A stretch of 64,000 nucleotides of DNA from Verrucomicrobiota bacterium (GTDB lineage Bacteria; Verrucomicrobiota; Verrucomicrobiia; Opitutales; JABDGR01), in assembly GCA_048497935.1 (NCBI GenBank), contig JBEHYY010000013.1, forward strand, positions 12,622-76,621. Direction: 5' to 3'. Shown piece by piece: positions 1 to 9,208 of the stretch. The stretch's first letter is position 1, and every line of letters begins with the position of its first letter. The translations under genes were made by a program, and so were the position numbers. The notes below the pieces were generated by a model. That model was not told the origin of the DNA and searched no databases. It was given only the letters and a program-made list of their open reading frames with translations.

Positions 1-431
1 AAGAAGTGCGCATCCAACGCGTGCTGGAAAACCTTCTCTCCAACGCCTTGCGCCATGCGCCCGCTGGGTCGCAGGTGACCCTCGCCGCCCGGGCCGAAGA
101 CGGCTGGCTCTGCATCTGGGTGGAAGACCAAGGCACCGGCGTGCCGCCCGCGCTGCAATCGGCGCTGTTTGACGGTTGCGAACTTTCCTTCGGTGAAAGC
201 GCCTTGGGCGTAAACGAGGACAAACACGGTTTGGTTGTCTGCAAGGAAATCATCAGCGCCAACGGCGGCAAAATACTGATGTACAATCGTCCCGAAGGCG
301 GCGCCCATTTTGAGTTCCACCTGCCGGCCATCAGTGGCCCCCGCCTGCATAGCCGCAATGGCACCACGACCGCCTCCGCCAACCGCCATGCGGTCAAGCT
401 GACTCCCTTGTTTGCCGCCAAAGTGGCCTAG
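1..431 (+). CDS. Sensor histidine kinase, C-terminal HATPase_c fragment; the 5' end lies upstream of the window
   Basis: ORF 6..431 translates to G1/G2-box ATP-binding lid motifs ([10 protein letters not shown] ... GGxxL) typical of the HATPase_c domain. It has no start of its own and continues off the window edge. Its stop overlaps the cysI stop convergently (ctag). Confidence 0.7.
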   Translation, partial: EVRIQRVLENLLSNALRHAPAGSQVTLAARAEDGWLCIWVEDQGTGVPPALQSALFDGCELSFGESALGVNEDKHGLVVCKEIISANGGKILMYNRPEGGAHFEFHLPAISGPRLHSRNGTTTASANRHAVKLTPLFAAKVA

Positions 432-2170
432 TTGTGGAAATCCACAGCGCCGGAAGTCACCGCCTTCACATAGCCGGCCCGGATGACGAAGTCGCCAAAC
501 GTTTCCTCGCTCTGGCGTTCCGCCGCATAGCGCTGGATGATGGGCGTCAGTTCCGCCACGATTTGCTCATTGGGGATGGCTTCCTTGTAAAGCTTGTTGA
601 GGCGGGTGCCATTGTGGGCCGCACCGAGGTAGAGGTTGTATTTCCCGGGCACCTTGCCCACCAGGCCGATTTCGCCCAGATACGGTCGCGCACAGCCATT
701 GGGGCAACCCGTTGAGCGGATATGGATGGATTGTTCCGCCAGTCCGGACGCTCGGATAACCTTGTCCAGCTCATCAATCAAATTGGGCAGATTGCGCTCG
801 CTCTCCGCCAGCGCCAAACCGCAGGTGGGCAGCGAGACGCAAGCCAAACCACCCCGGCGCAGGCCAGTGATGTTCTCCCAAGTCTGGTCGAGGCCGTATT
901 CCTTCAGCAAGGCTTCGATGGCGGGACGGTCAGCCGGCGCCACGGCGCCAATGATCAGGTTCTGATTGCAAGTGAGCCGGAAGTCGCCCTTGTGAATCTT
1001 GGCGATTTCACGCAAACCATCCTTTTGGCGGCCTTTTAAACGACCGCCTTCAATAAAGAGCGTCAGGTGCTGCTTGCCATCGGTGCCAGCCGTCCAGCCG
1101 TAGCGGTCGCCGTTGTCCGAAAAATAAAACGGGCGGGCTTCACCCAGTTTGTAGCCCAGGCGCGCTTCCACTTCATTCCGGAACCAGGCGAGGCCCCGAT
1201 CCTGAATGGTGTATTTCAGGCGGGCGTGTTTGCGGTCGGCACGGTCACCGTAATCGCGTTGCACGGTGACGACCTTTTCCGCCACCTCAACCACCTGGTC
1301 CGGCTTGCAAAAACCCATGACGTCGGCCACGCGGGGGTACGTCGCCTTATTGTTGTGCGACTGACCCATGCCGCCGCCCACTGTGACGTTAAAGCCGGCG
1401 AGATGGCCGTTTTCCACCACGGCAATGAAGCCCAGGTCCTGCGCAAAGATGTCCACATCATTGCCCGGCGGGACAGCGATGGAGATCTTGAATTTGCGTG
1501 GAAGATAATGCTTGCCGTAAATCGGCTCCACCGCATCCGCGGCGTCCTCTTCTCCACTGCCAGTGTCGCCGCCGGCCACACGCTCCTTATCGAGCCAAAT
1601 CTCGTGATAAGCGCCGGTGCGCGGCAGCAAGTGGGCGGCAATGGCGCGCGCGTAATCCAGCACTTGGGCGTGGACAAAGGATTGGTGCGGGTTCGGGTTG
1701 CAATTGACGTTGCGATTAACGTCTCCGCAAGCCGCCAAGGTCGAAAGCAGGGCTTCGTTGACCGCCTTGATGGTGGGCTTGAGGTTGCCCTTCAAAATGC
1801 CATGCAACTGGAAGGCCTGCCGGGTGGTGATTTTGATCGTATCGTTGGCGTGCTGGGTCGAAATCCGGTCGATCTCCAGCCACTGGGCGGGGGTGCACAC
1901 GCCTCCGGGCACCGCCACACGAATCATAAAAATAAACGCCTTTTCGAGCTTTTGCTGACGGCGTTGATTGCGCAAATCACGGTCATCCTGCAGATAGGAG
2001 CCGTGGAATTTGAGCAATTGGGAATCTTCCTCCGAAATGGCGCCCGTGGATGCATCGGCCAAACCTTCGAGGATCGTGCCACGAAGATAATTGCTCGCTT
2101 CTTTAATAGCCTCGTTTTTCGAGGGCTCCTTGGCGGCCGGTGATGCGATGGGACCCGTTTCGGTAGTCAT
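428..2170 (-). CDS. cysI: Assimilatory sulfite reductase haemoprotein beta-subunit (sirohaem/Fe-S)
   Basis: 580-aa ORF with strong full-length similarity to CysI/Sir. Motifs include [25 protein letters not shown] and the C-terminal Cys cluster CPNGC. Confidence 0.9.
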   Translation of the reverse strand: MTTETGPIASPAAKEPSKNEAIKEASNYLRGTILEGLADASTGAISEEDSQLLKFHGSYLQDDRDLRNQRRQQKLEKAFIFMIRVAVPGGVCTPAQWLEIDRISTQHANDTIKITTRQAFQLHGILKGNLKPTIKAVNEALLSTLAACGDVNRNVNCNPNPHQSFVHAQVLDYARAIAAHLLPRTGAYHEIWLDKERVAGGDTGSGEEDAADAVEPIYGKHYLPRKFKISIAVPPGNDVDIFAQDLGFIAVVENGHLAGFNVTVGGGMGQSHNNKATYPRVADVMGFCKPDQVVEVAEKVVTVQRDYGDRADRKHARLKYTIQDRGLAWFRNEVEARLGYKLGEARPFYFSDNGDRYGWTAGTDGKQHLTLFIEGGRLKGRQKDGLREIAKIHKGDFRLTCNQNLIIGAVAPADRPAIEALLKEYGLDQTWENITGLRRGGLACVSLPTCGLALAESERNLPNLIDELDKVIRASGLAEQSIHIRSTGCPNGCARPYLGEIGLVGKVPGKYNLYLGAAHNGTRLNKLYKEAIPNEQIVAELTPIIQRYAAERQSEETFGDFVIRAGYVKAVTSGAVDFHN

Positions 2171-2268
2171 GATTAGGAGATGCTTAACAGTTAATCTTTG
2201 GTTAATAAGGCAAGATAGTCAAGTATCGTGTTTGGTAATGTTAAAAACAATATATAACCATTTGAATA

Positions 2269-3327
2269 TCAATCGAGTGTAACGGAAGGTTCAAAAGTGG
2301 CGGGACAGGCAGTATCAAAGCACTTTGTGTGAGATTGGTCGAGCCACGCTGCAAATGCAATCATGGCTGCGTTATCCCCACTGTGGCGGGGCTCCGCAAC
2401 CAAGAGCGGCAATTGATATTTCGCAGCCAACTTGGTGAGCGCGATCCGCAAGGATTTATTGTTCGCTACTCCGCCCGAGAGCCCCAGGCTGCGAATTTGC
2501 AAGGCGGCTTCAGACGGCATCTCCAGCGCAGACGCGGTCTTTGCTGTCAATTGGTCAATGACTGCCGCCTGGTAGCTCGCACACAAGTCCGACTTGGCGG
2601 TTTCGATTTGGGCGGGAGACATCTTATCCAAACGATAGCGCAAACTGGTCTTCAAACCAGAGAAGCTGAAGGGCGCCGTGGCCCGCGCCGCTCCCTCCCC
2701 CAAGGCGCGGGGAAAATCATAGGCTTCAGCGCGGCCTGTGGTAGCCAGCTGTTCTACCAAGGGGCCGCCGGGATAAGGCAGCCCCAGCAATTTTGCGCCC
2801 TTGTCCAAGGCTTCGCCGGCAGCATCATCCACCGTGCGATTGATAATACGCACCCGGCCACCTTCCTCGAGAAGGAACAGCAAGGTGTTGCCTCCCGAAA
2901 CAATCAAACCCAGATGCGGCAGCAAGCCACGCAGCCGCTCAAGAAAGTGTCCCGGTTCATGCGCATGGAGACTGAGGAAGGGTGACCAGACATGACCGCG
3001 AAGATGGTTCACACCCGCCAGCGGCACTTGCTTTTTCAATGCCAGGGCTTGGCCCAGGGAAATTCCCAAGGCCAGGCAACCCGCCAATCCCGGTCCATAC
3101 GTCACCGCGATTTGGCTGACCTGGGCATAGCCGGGTTCGGCGGCCGCCAAGGCCAGCAAGGCGGGAAACCGATCGAGATGCTCCCGGCTGGCGAGATCCG
3201 GCACCACTCCGCCATACTCCCGGTGCAAGGCAATCTGGCTGTGAATCCATTCACCTCGGATGCCATGGGCGGGGTCAAATAACGCCAAGGCAGATTCGTC
3301 GCATGAGCTTTCAATGGCGAGAATCAT
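2269..3327 (-). CDS. tsaD: tRNA N6-adenosine threonylcarbamoyltransferase
   Basis: 352 aa; begins MILAIESSCDESALAL and shows Kae1/TsaD family motifs throughout. Confidence 0.9.
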   Translation of the reverse strand: MILAIESSCDESALALFDPAHGIRGEWIHSQIALHREYGGVVPDLASREHLDRFPALLALAAAEPGYAQVSQIAVTYGPGLAGCLALGISLGQALALKKQVPLAGVNHLRGHVWSPFLSLHAHEPGHFLERLRGLLPHLGLIVSGGNTLLFLLEEGGRVRIINRTVDDAAGEALDKGAKLLGLPYPGGPLVEQLATTGRAEAYDFPRALGEGAARATAPFSFSGLKTSLRYRLDKMSPAQIETAKSDLCASYQAAVIDQLTAKTASALEMPSEAALQIRSLGLSGGVANNKSLRIALTKLAAKYQLPLLVAEPRHSGDNAAMIAFAAWLDQSHTKCFDTACPATFEPSVTLD

Positions 3328-3329
3328 GT

Positions 3330-4649
3330 TTATTTGACGAAATTAGGCGTGGCCGCGCGCACCAGCCCCGCCGCCGTTTCCACCTGCGCATCAGGCACGG
3401 GGGCAAAACCAAAGGTCCGCGTAAACTGATCCTGACCGAGCTGCTCGGCGGCAAAATATCGCACATCCGCGCGCTGAAGGCGCTGGAGCTCATGCTCATC
3501 GTCTGATTGCGGCAACAGGACATCCGGGGTGATGCCCACGTCCTGGATCGAACTGCCCAGAGGGAGAAAATACGCCTCCGTGGTCAGACGCAGGCCGGTG
3601 CCATCATGCAAGTCGAACACACCTTGAATAACGCCCTTCCCAAAGGTGCGCGTACCCAGGATGACGGCGCGGCGGGTGTCTTTCAGTGCTCCAGCCACGA
3701 TTTCAGCGGCGCTTGCGCTGTTCTCGTTGACGAGTACGACTATGGGCCCCTGAAACCGCACAGGAGCCCCCTGGGTAAAAGTCTGGGAAATCACCTGGTT
3801 ATTACGACCACGCGTGGTCATGACCAAGGTGCCCTCTGGCAGCAGCGGCTCCAGCACGTCAATGGCCGAATCGACCAAGCCACCCGGATTATCGCGGAGA
3901 TCGAGAACCAGGCCCCGCATGCCACCACCCGCACCGCCCATCAGATTGTTCATCGCATCGGTGAATTCCGCACCCGTTTTCTCGCCAAACTGGGTGATGC
4001 GGATATATCCCACATTGTCGGCGCGCAGTTCGGAATCGCGGATATTCGGCACATCGAAGCCGCCGCGGGTCAATGTTTCCTGGGAAATGACCCCATTGCG
4101 CTCGCGGGTGATGCTCACCGTGGTGTTGTCCGGCCCCTTGATCAAATCCGAGATGGCAGTGACATTGAGATCGCTGATGCTCGTGTTGGCGACGGCCACA
4201 ATCCGGTCCAACGGCAACCACCCGGCGCGTTTGGCCGGACTGTCGTTAAAAACGCGGACAACTTCGATCCGTCCGTTGCGGCGCTCGAATTCCACCCCGA
4301 TGCCGACAATGCGCTGGCGGCTCTGGTTGCTAAAATCCTCAAAATCCTGCTTGGGATAAAAAGTCGAGTAACGGTCCAAGCCATCAAGCACATGCTCCAG
4401 CGCCGAGTCAGCCAGTTTATCATAACCCACTTTGTCCGCGTAGAGATAGTCCTGATGGGCCATCTCCATCACCCGGCCCACTCGCCAAAGCTGTTTCCAA
4501 AACCGCGCGTCCAGCAGGCCGTAAAACTCCCGGTCAAATGCCAGACGTGCCAAAAAAGCCGTCAGCACAAACAAAAACAGGACGGGCAGGAAGACACGCT
4601 TGAACAGACTGGGTTTGCTCGACACGGTGGTGAACGGCCATTGCAACAT
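3330..4649 (-). CDS. Carboxyl-terminal processing protease (S41 family) with PDZ domain
   Basis: PDZ region (GIGVEF...VFNDSPAKRAGW) followed by the S41 catalytic core: LVLDLRDNPGG, NENSASAAEIVAGAL, TFGKG. The ORF runs to 4763; the start was chosen at the internal Met (MLQWPF...) that precedes a hydrophobic signal anchor. Confidence 0.8.
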   Translation of the reverse strand: MLQWPFTTVSSKPSLFKRVFLPVLFLFVLTAFLARLAFDREFYGLLDARFWKQLWRVGRVMEMAHQDYLYADKVGYDKLADSALEHVLDGLDRYSTFYPKQDFEDFSNQSRQRIVGIGVEFERRNGRIEVVRVFNDSPAKRAGWLPLDRIVAVANTSISDLNVTAISDLIKGPDNTTVSITRERNGVISQETLTRGGFDVPNIRDSELRADNVGYIRITQFGEKTGAEFTDAMNNLMGGAGGGMRGLVLDLRDNPGGLVDSAIDVLEPLLPEGTLVMTTRGRNNQVISQTFTQGAPVRFQGPIVVLVNENSASAAEIVAGALKDTRRAVILGTRTFGKGVIQGVFDLHDGTGLRLTTEAYFLPLGSSIQDVGITPDVLLPQSDDEHELQRLQRADVRYFAAEQLGQDQFTRTFGFAPVPDAQVETAAGLVRAATPNFVK

Positions 4650-5658
4650 GAAGACCTTTCCCACGCAAGCGTGTTCCCCCGCCCTGCTCGCGCGACTGCG
4701 CGAAAAGGCGGGCGCGCCTGGCGTGGTCAGTTTTCGCGATTTCACGGATGCAGCGCTGTACACGCCGGGCGTCGGCTACTATGCCAAGGACAATCCCACG
4801 CGGGTGGCACGCAGCCCCGCGGCGGATTTCTACACCTCCAGCAGCCTGGGCGGCGGGGTCTTTGGCCGCCTAGTGCGCGCGGCGGCAGCGCAGCTGCTGG
4901 GTGAGGAATCAACCGCGGACTTCTCGTTGGTTGAAATCGCCGCCGAGCCTGGAAAGGGAATTTTTGGAGCAGATCCGGCGCCCTTTGCGAACGTGCAAAC
5001 CGTGCGCCTGGGCCAGCCGCTCGCCCTGCCGACTTCCGCCGCGGTTTTCGCCAACGAATGGCTGGATGCCCAGCCCTTTCATCGTTTTGTGTTTAGGCGA
5101 AATGCGTGGCGTGAGCTGGGCGTGCAAGTAAGGGGGGAAGACCTCATAGAAGTCGAATTGCCTGAAATATCACCGCCAGCCCGCATTTTATGGGATGACC
5201 TGCCGCCAACTGCCACTGAGGAATACCATCTTGATCTGTCGCTTGATGCGGAAACCCTCCTGCACCAACTGGTGACACCCGCCTGGCGGGGTTGCCTCAT
5301 CTTGGCCGATTACGGACACGACTGGAATACCCTGCTGCACGAGCGCCCGGCCGGCACCGCCCGCGCCTACCATCAGCATAACGTTTCCGATGATTTGCTG
5401 GCCCAACCCGGTGGACAGGACCTCACCTGCCATGTTTGCTGGGACCGCCTCGAGAAAATTCTCCGTGAACACGGTTTTACCTCGATTAGCGTTGCACGCC
5501 AGGAGGCTTTTCTCGTCCGGTATGCCGCCACAGAAATTGAAAGCCTGCTGGCCCAATCCGCCGGACAGTTCTCCCGGGAGCGGCAGACTTTGCTGGAATT
5601 GCTCCATCCCGCCCACCTGGGCCAGAAATTTCAGATTCTCTCCGCCCGCCGCCTTTGA
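4648..5658 (+). CDS. MidA/NDUFAF7-like class I SAM-dependent methyltransferase (DUF185)
   Basis: The N-terminus (FRDFTDAALYTPGVGYY...) and overall profile match the PF02636 family. The start was chosen at the internal ATG (MKTFPTQ) rather than the upstream TTG. Confidence 0.65.
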   Translation: MKTFPTQACSPALLARLREKAGAPGVVSFRDFTDAALYTPGVGYYAKDNPTRVARSPAADFYTSSSLGGGVFGRLVRAAAAQLLGEESTADFSLVEIAAEPGKGIFGADPAPFANVQTVRLGQPLALPTSAAVFANEWLDAQPFHRFVFRRNAWRELGVQVRGEDLIEVELPEISPPARILWDDLPPTATEEYHLDLSLDAETLLHQLVTPAWRGCLILADYGHDWNTLLHERPAGTARAYHQHNVSDDLLAQPGGQDLTCHVCWDRLEKILREHGFTSISVARQEAFLVRYAATEIESLLAQSAGQFSRERQTLLELLHPAHLGQKFQILSARRL

Positions 5659-5740
5659 AAACACAGGATAATCGACCTCCCAGGCGGGGTTTCCCCTTGA
5701 CGCTGCGGGGCAAAAGTGAAAATTCCTTGCCCTACCCCTT

Positions 5741-7000
5741 ATGCGTAAACACCCCTTCTCCACCCCGTCCTGTGTACTCACGCTGGTCGCCATGGTCATG
5801 ACGCTCGCTGCGTGTGACTCCAGCCAAGCGGCCGCCCCCGCTTCGTCCGCCACTGGTAGCGCCACGCCGATGGCTTCCGCTACGTCGGCTCCCGCGGCAT
5901 CAGCGGCCTCCACCGACAAGGGCGGCGCCTATTTCGACTCCTGGCCTGCGGGAGCTGACCCCAAAACCATCGGGCTGCGTGTGGCGGAAAATTTTGCCGC
6001 CCGCAGTTTCCGTTATCAGAGTGCGCGCCCGAATAGCAATTACCTCATCTATCCGGAGGCCATTGCGTGGTACGGCGCATTGACCTATGCCGACGTCACC
6101 CACAACCAGCCGTTGATCAACAAACTGGCCGCCAAATTCAATCCGTATATGACAGAGGAAGGCGCCACCCACATCAACTTCAATCCGCCGTCTTCGGGTG
6201 GCGTGGACAACCGGGTGATCGGATCGGTGCCGCTTGAGCTATTTCTGCTGACGAAATACGACAACTACAAAGTCTTTGGCGTGGGCTTTGCCGACCGCCA
6301 ATGGGCCAACCCGATGGAAAATGGCCTGTCCAGCGATTCGCGTTATTGGGTGGACGACCTCTATATGCTTCCCTTGCTCGAGATGCAGGCCTACCGCGCC
6401 ACCAAGGACAAGAAATACCTTGATCGAACAGCCCTCACCTTTGACCTCTATTTTGAACGCCTGCAGCAACCCAATGGCCTCTTTTTCCATGGCGACAGTG
6501 CGCCGTACTATTGGTGCCGCGGCAATGGCTGGGTCGCCGCCGGGGTGACTGAGCTGCTGCGCGACCTGCCCACTGACCACCCGCACTACGCCAAGGTCTT
6601 TGCCGGCTACCAGAAAATGATGGCCGGGTTGTTAAAAACCCAAGGTGATGACGGCTTGTGGAAGCAGTTGATTGACCAGCCCACGGCCTGGTCGGAAACC
6701 TCCGGCTCCGCCATGTTCACCTTTGCCTTTGTCACTGGCGTGAAAAACGGCTGGCTGGACGCCAAAATCTACGGGCCCGCCGCGCGCAAAGCCTGGCTGG
6801 GCCTGGTAAGCCATATCGACGAGGAGGCCAACATCCACGACGTCTGTGGCGGCACCAATAAATGGACTCCGGCCCAAGGTGATGGCGTGCAATATTACAT
6901 GAGCCGCACCCGCGACAATACGCCCGAGCTGCTGCATAGCTCCGACGTGCTGCACGGCAACGCCCCGGTGCTCTGGACGGCCACCGCCCTGCTGCGCTAA
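5741..7000 (+). CDS. Glycoside hydrolase family 105 (unsaturated rhamnogalacturonyl/glucuronyl hydrolase), lipoprotein
   Basis: Lipoprotein signal (LAAC lipobox). The GH88/105 signature RYWVDDLYM and alpha/alpha-toroid motifs (WCRGNGW) are present. Confidence 0.75.
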   Translation: MRKHPFSTPSCVLTLVAMVMTLAACDSSQAAAPASSATGSATPMASATSAPAASAASTDKGGAYFDSWPAGADPKTIGLRVAENFAARSFRYQSARPNSNYLIYPEAIAWYGALTYADVTHNQPLINKLAAKFNPYMTEEGATHINFNPPSSGGVDNRVIGSVPLELFLLTKYDNYKVFGVGFADRQWANPMENGLSSDSRYWVDDLYMLPLLEMQAYRATKDKKYLDRTALTFDLYFERLQQPNGLFFHGDSAPYYWCRGNGWVAAGVTELLRDLPTDHPHYAKVFAGYQKMMAGLLKTQGDDGLWKQLIDQPTAWSETSGSAMFTFAFVTGVKNGWLDAKIYGPAARKAWLGLVSHIDEEANIHDVCGGTNKWTPAQGDGVQYYMSRTRDNTPELLHSSDVLHGNAPVLWTATALLR

Positions 7001-7109
7001 ACGGCGAAATGGCGTCTGTGCGCTTTTGCGCTTGTCGGCCCCCCGGTACTTCCGGTACAAAGACACCTTGCGCCGATGTTTCCGGGTTAACCGGGGATAT
7101 GGCAAACAG

Positions 7110-7186
7110 CGGAGTGTAGCTTAGCCTGGTAGAGCGCTACGTTCGGGACGTAGAGGCCGTGGGTTCGAATCCCACCACTCCGACCA
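7110..7186 (+). tRNA. tRNA-Pro (anticodon CGG)
   Basis: Cloverleaf read by hand: acceptor CGGAGTG/CACTCCG, anticodon arm CTACG-TTCGGGA-CGTAG, T-arm GTGGG-TTCGAAT-CCCAC, and an encoded CCA. Confidence 0.85.
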
Positions 7187-7245
7187 CTTTTTCGACCCTT
7201 GCAGCGTTCGGTTAGGCTTTACACGTATCAACGTATCCGTATATT

Positions 7246-8157
7246 ATGATGCGTATGTCAGCCCAAGGTCAGCCCATCACGGCCATGTTTCGCGCCGGCC
7301 GCCCCCTGGTCTCCGCGGAATTCTTCCCGCCCAAGACCCCCGAAGGCGCGCGCCTGATCCTCGCCACTGCCGAAGCACTGGCGCCCTACAAACCGGATTT
7401 TGTCTCCATCACCTATGGTGCAGGTGGGTCCACCCGTGAATTGACCTTTGAGTACGGACAGATTCTGCGCGACAAATTTGGTTTCGAAGTCATGCCCCAC
7501 CTGACGTGCGTCGGGCATTCGCGCGCGGAGCTCCATGCCGTGCTTTCCCGTCTGCGTGACGCCGGTTTTCGCAACCTCATGGTGCTGCGGGGCGATCCGC
7601 CCAAGGGCGCCACAACGTTTCAACCGCACCCGGATGGTCTGCGCTACGCGAGCGAGCTGGTGGCTTTCATCCGTGAAAATTATCCCATGTTCTGTTTAGG
7701 AGTTGGTGGCTACCCGGAAACCCACCCGGAGGCGACCTCGCCCGAAGCAGACTTGCAGCATTTGAAGACCAAGGTGGATGCCGGGGCCGACTTTATCACC
7801 ACGCAGCTCTTCTTTGATAATGGGGCTTATTTCAAGTTTGTCGAAAAATGCCGCGCCTTGGGCATCAAAGTACCCATCGTGCCCGGCATCATGCCCGCGC
7901 TTTCCCATACCCAGGTGGAAAAATTTGCCGCATTTTGCAAAGCCGCCTATCCCGCCGCCTTATCCGGCCGGCTGCAACCCCTGGCCGGCCAGGAGGCAGC
8001 CTCCGAAGCGGCTGGCGTGGAATGGGCTGATGCCCAGATCCGTGAACTAGTCAGGCAGAACGTCCCGGGATTGCATTTATATATTCTCAATCGCTCCTCC
8101 TCGGCGTTGGCGCTTTTTGCCCGATTGCAAAAGGAAAACCTCCTGCCGGTGCGCTAG
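7246..8157 (+). CDS. metF: 5,10-methylenetetrahydrofolate reductase
   Basis: 303 aa; FFPPKT...SITYGAGGSTR...HLTCVG...LRGDPP matches MetF end to end. Confidence 0.9.
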   Translation: MMRMSAQGQPITAMFRAGRPLVSAEFFPPKTPEGARLILATAEALAPYKPDFVSITYGAGGSTRELTFEYGQILRDKFGFEVMPHLTCVGHSRAELHAVLSRLRDAGFRNLMVLRGDPPKGATTFQPHPDGLRYASELVAFIRENYPMFCLGVGGYPETHPEATSPEADLQHLKTKVDAGADFITTQLFFDNGAYFKFVEKCRALGIKVPIVPGIMPALSHTQVEKFAAFCKAAYPAALSGRLQPLAGQEAASEAAGVEWADAQIRELVRQNVPGLHLYILNRSSSALALFARLQKENLLPVR

Positions 8158-8160
8158 CAC

Positions 8161-8290
8161 CACGCGTTTGACAGTGAATAAGCTGCGTTCCCAACGTATC
8201 AAACGCAGCCAACCTATCAAACTGAGCCAACCTATCAAACTGAGCCAACAAAACCAACGTACCCAACGCAGTGCTACCGGTTGGCGAAAG
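8161..8290. repeat. Array of about five degenerate 18-bp tandem repeats (CCAAC-N-TATCAAACTGAG type, two perfect copies) plus a CTGCGTT...AACGCAG hairpin, lying between the convergent metF and XRE genes
   Basis: Direct reading: ccaacctatcaaactgag occurs twice in tandem, flanked by the related units ccaacgtatcaaacgcag, ccaacaaaaccaacgtac and ccaacgcagtgctaccgg. Confidence 0.6.
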
Positions 8291-8296
8291 AATGTG

Positions 8297-8683
8297 TTAG
8301 TGTCGCGTCCGCCCGCCACGATTATGTTCTTTGACTGCGGGCGCCGCCGCCTCCCGGCGATGGCTTTCCAGGGCATTCAGCAGAATGTCCAAGTCCTCCA
8401 TGATGCGGCCGGCAGCCTCATCAACGACCTGACTGTAGGGTATCGCGGAAGCGGAGACCCGGCCTTCGAGCAAATACTCCACATCGACATGGAATATTTC
8501 CGCCAGGCGCTCCAAGGTCCGGCGTGAAGAAGGCACCCGGCCGTTTTTCCAGGTTCCCACCGTGGAAACGGCACAATGCGTGGCAGCGGCAATGTCGCGC
8601 AGGGTGAGATCGTGGTACCCCATCAGGAGGCGGAAACGGCGGGCAAAAGCATCTACGGCAGGTGGCGTGGGTGAGCGGCTCAT
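8297..8683 (-). CDS. XRE-family helix-turn-helix transcriptional regulator
   Basis: HTH_3-like segment LTLRDIAAATHCAVSTVGTWKNGRVPSSRRTLERLAEIF. Confidence 0.75.
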   Translation of the reverse strand: MSRSPTPPAVDAFARRFRLLMGYHDLTLRDIAAATHCAVSTVGTWKNGRVPSSRRTLERLAEIFHVDVEYLLEGRVSASAIPYSQVVDEAAGRIMEDLDILLNALESHRREAAAPAVKEHNRGGRTRH

Positions 8684-8721
8684 GGAAATTTTCTATTGAC
8701 TCATGGAATAATTCCATAATG
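8681..8721. promoter_or_regulatory. AT-rich divergent promoter region with the direct repeat TCATGGAA x2 and the perfect palindrome ATGGAATAATTCCAT (candidate operator)
   Basis: Seen in sequence in the 8684-8821 AT-rich gap between the divergent XRE gene and the 8822 ORF. Confidence 0.45.
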
Positions 8722-8821
8722 ATACATTATATTTTATTATACAAACATATTTTCTTCCCTTAATTCAAATAAACCTGCGCAAGGGTCAACCCGGCCTTAA
8801 GCGCACCACCCCATCCCCACC

Positions 8822-9205
8822 TTGCCCACCATGCGCATCGCCTCCGAAGACGACCCCGCGCACTTCGCATTCATGCTGCCGCCAGGCCAGCAATGGTTCT
8901 CGCCCAAGGAGGTGGCCTCGCTCATCGGACGCACCGACCAGTTTGTGCGGGACGCCTTTGATAACCAAAAAATCCTCGGCCACCAGAACAATGCCCGCGC
9001 CCGCAAGGGCCAGGAACGCCGACGCACCTACCAGATCCACCGCGAGGCCGTCATCCTCTTCCTCCTGGAGACGGCGAATTACCGCCCCAAAGACTTTATC
9101 CAGCGGATTGAAGAGCTGTTGCAGAACCGCTCCCCCCAGCAATTGACCCAGATTCAGCGGTATATGACAGGACGGCTGGGGGGCGCCCCCTTGCGCCGGG
9201 GTTGA
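8822..9205 (+). CDS. Small hypothetical protein with an excisionase/MerR-like HTH segment
   Basis: 127 aa; FSPKEVASLIGRTDQFVRDAFDNQKILG resembles an AlpA/excisionase-type HTH; the C-terminus is basic. The alternative start at Met4 is equally possible. Confidence 0.45.
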   Translation: MPTMRIASEDDPAHFAFMLPPGQQWFSPKEVASLIGRTDQFVRDAFDNQKILGHQNNARARKGQERRRTYQIHREAVILFLLETANYRPKDFIQRIEELLQNRSPQQLTQIQRYMTGRLGGAPLRRG

Positions 9206-9208
9206 ATT

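Noticed and set aside
8161-8290. The repeat array as a possible CRISPR array
   Set aside because: Units are ~18 bp with no intervening unique spacers, there are only about five copies, and no cas genes are present in the window.
8077-8527. ORFs 8117..8527 (+) and 8077..8376 (-) spanning the tandem repeats (QPIKLSQPIKLSQ / WLSLIGWLSLIGW)
   Set aside because: They are translations of the 18-bp DNA repeat in different frames. They lie in the 3' non-coding region between convergent genes, and 8117..8527 overlaps the XRE CDS.
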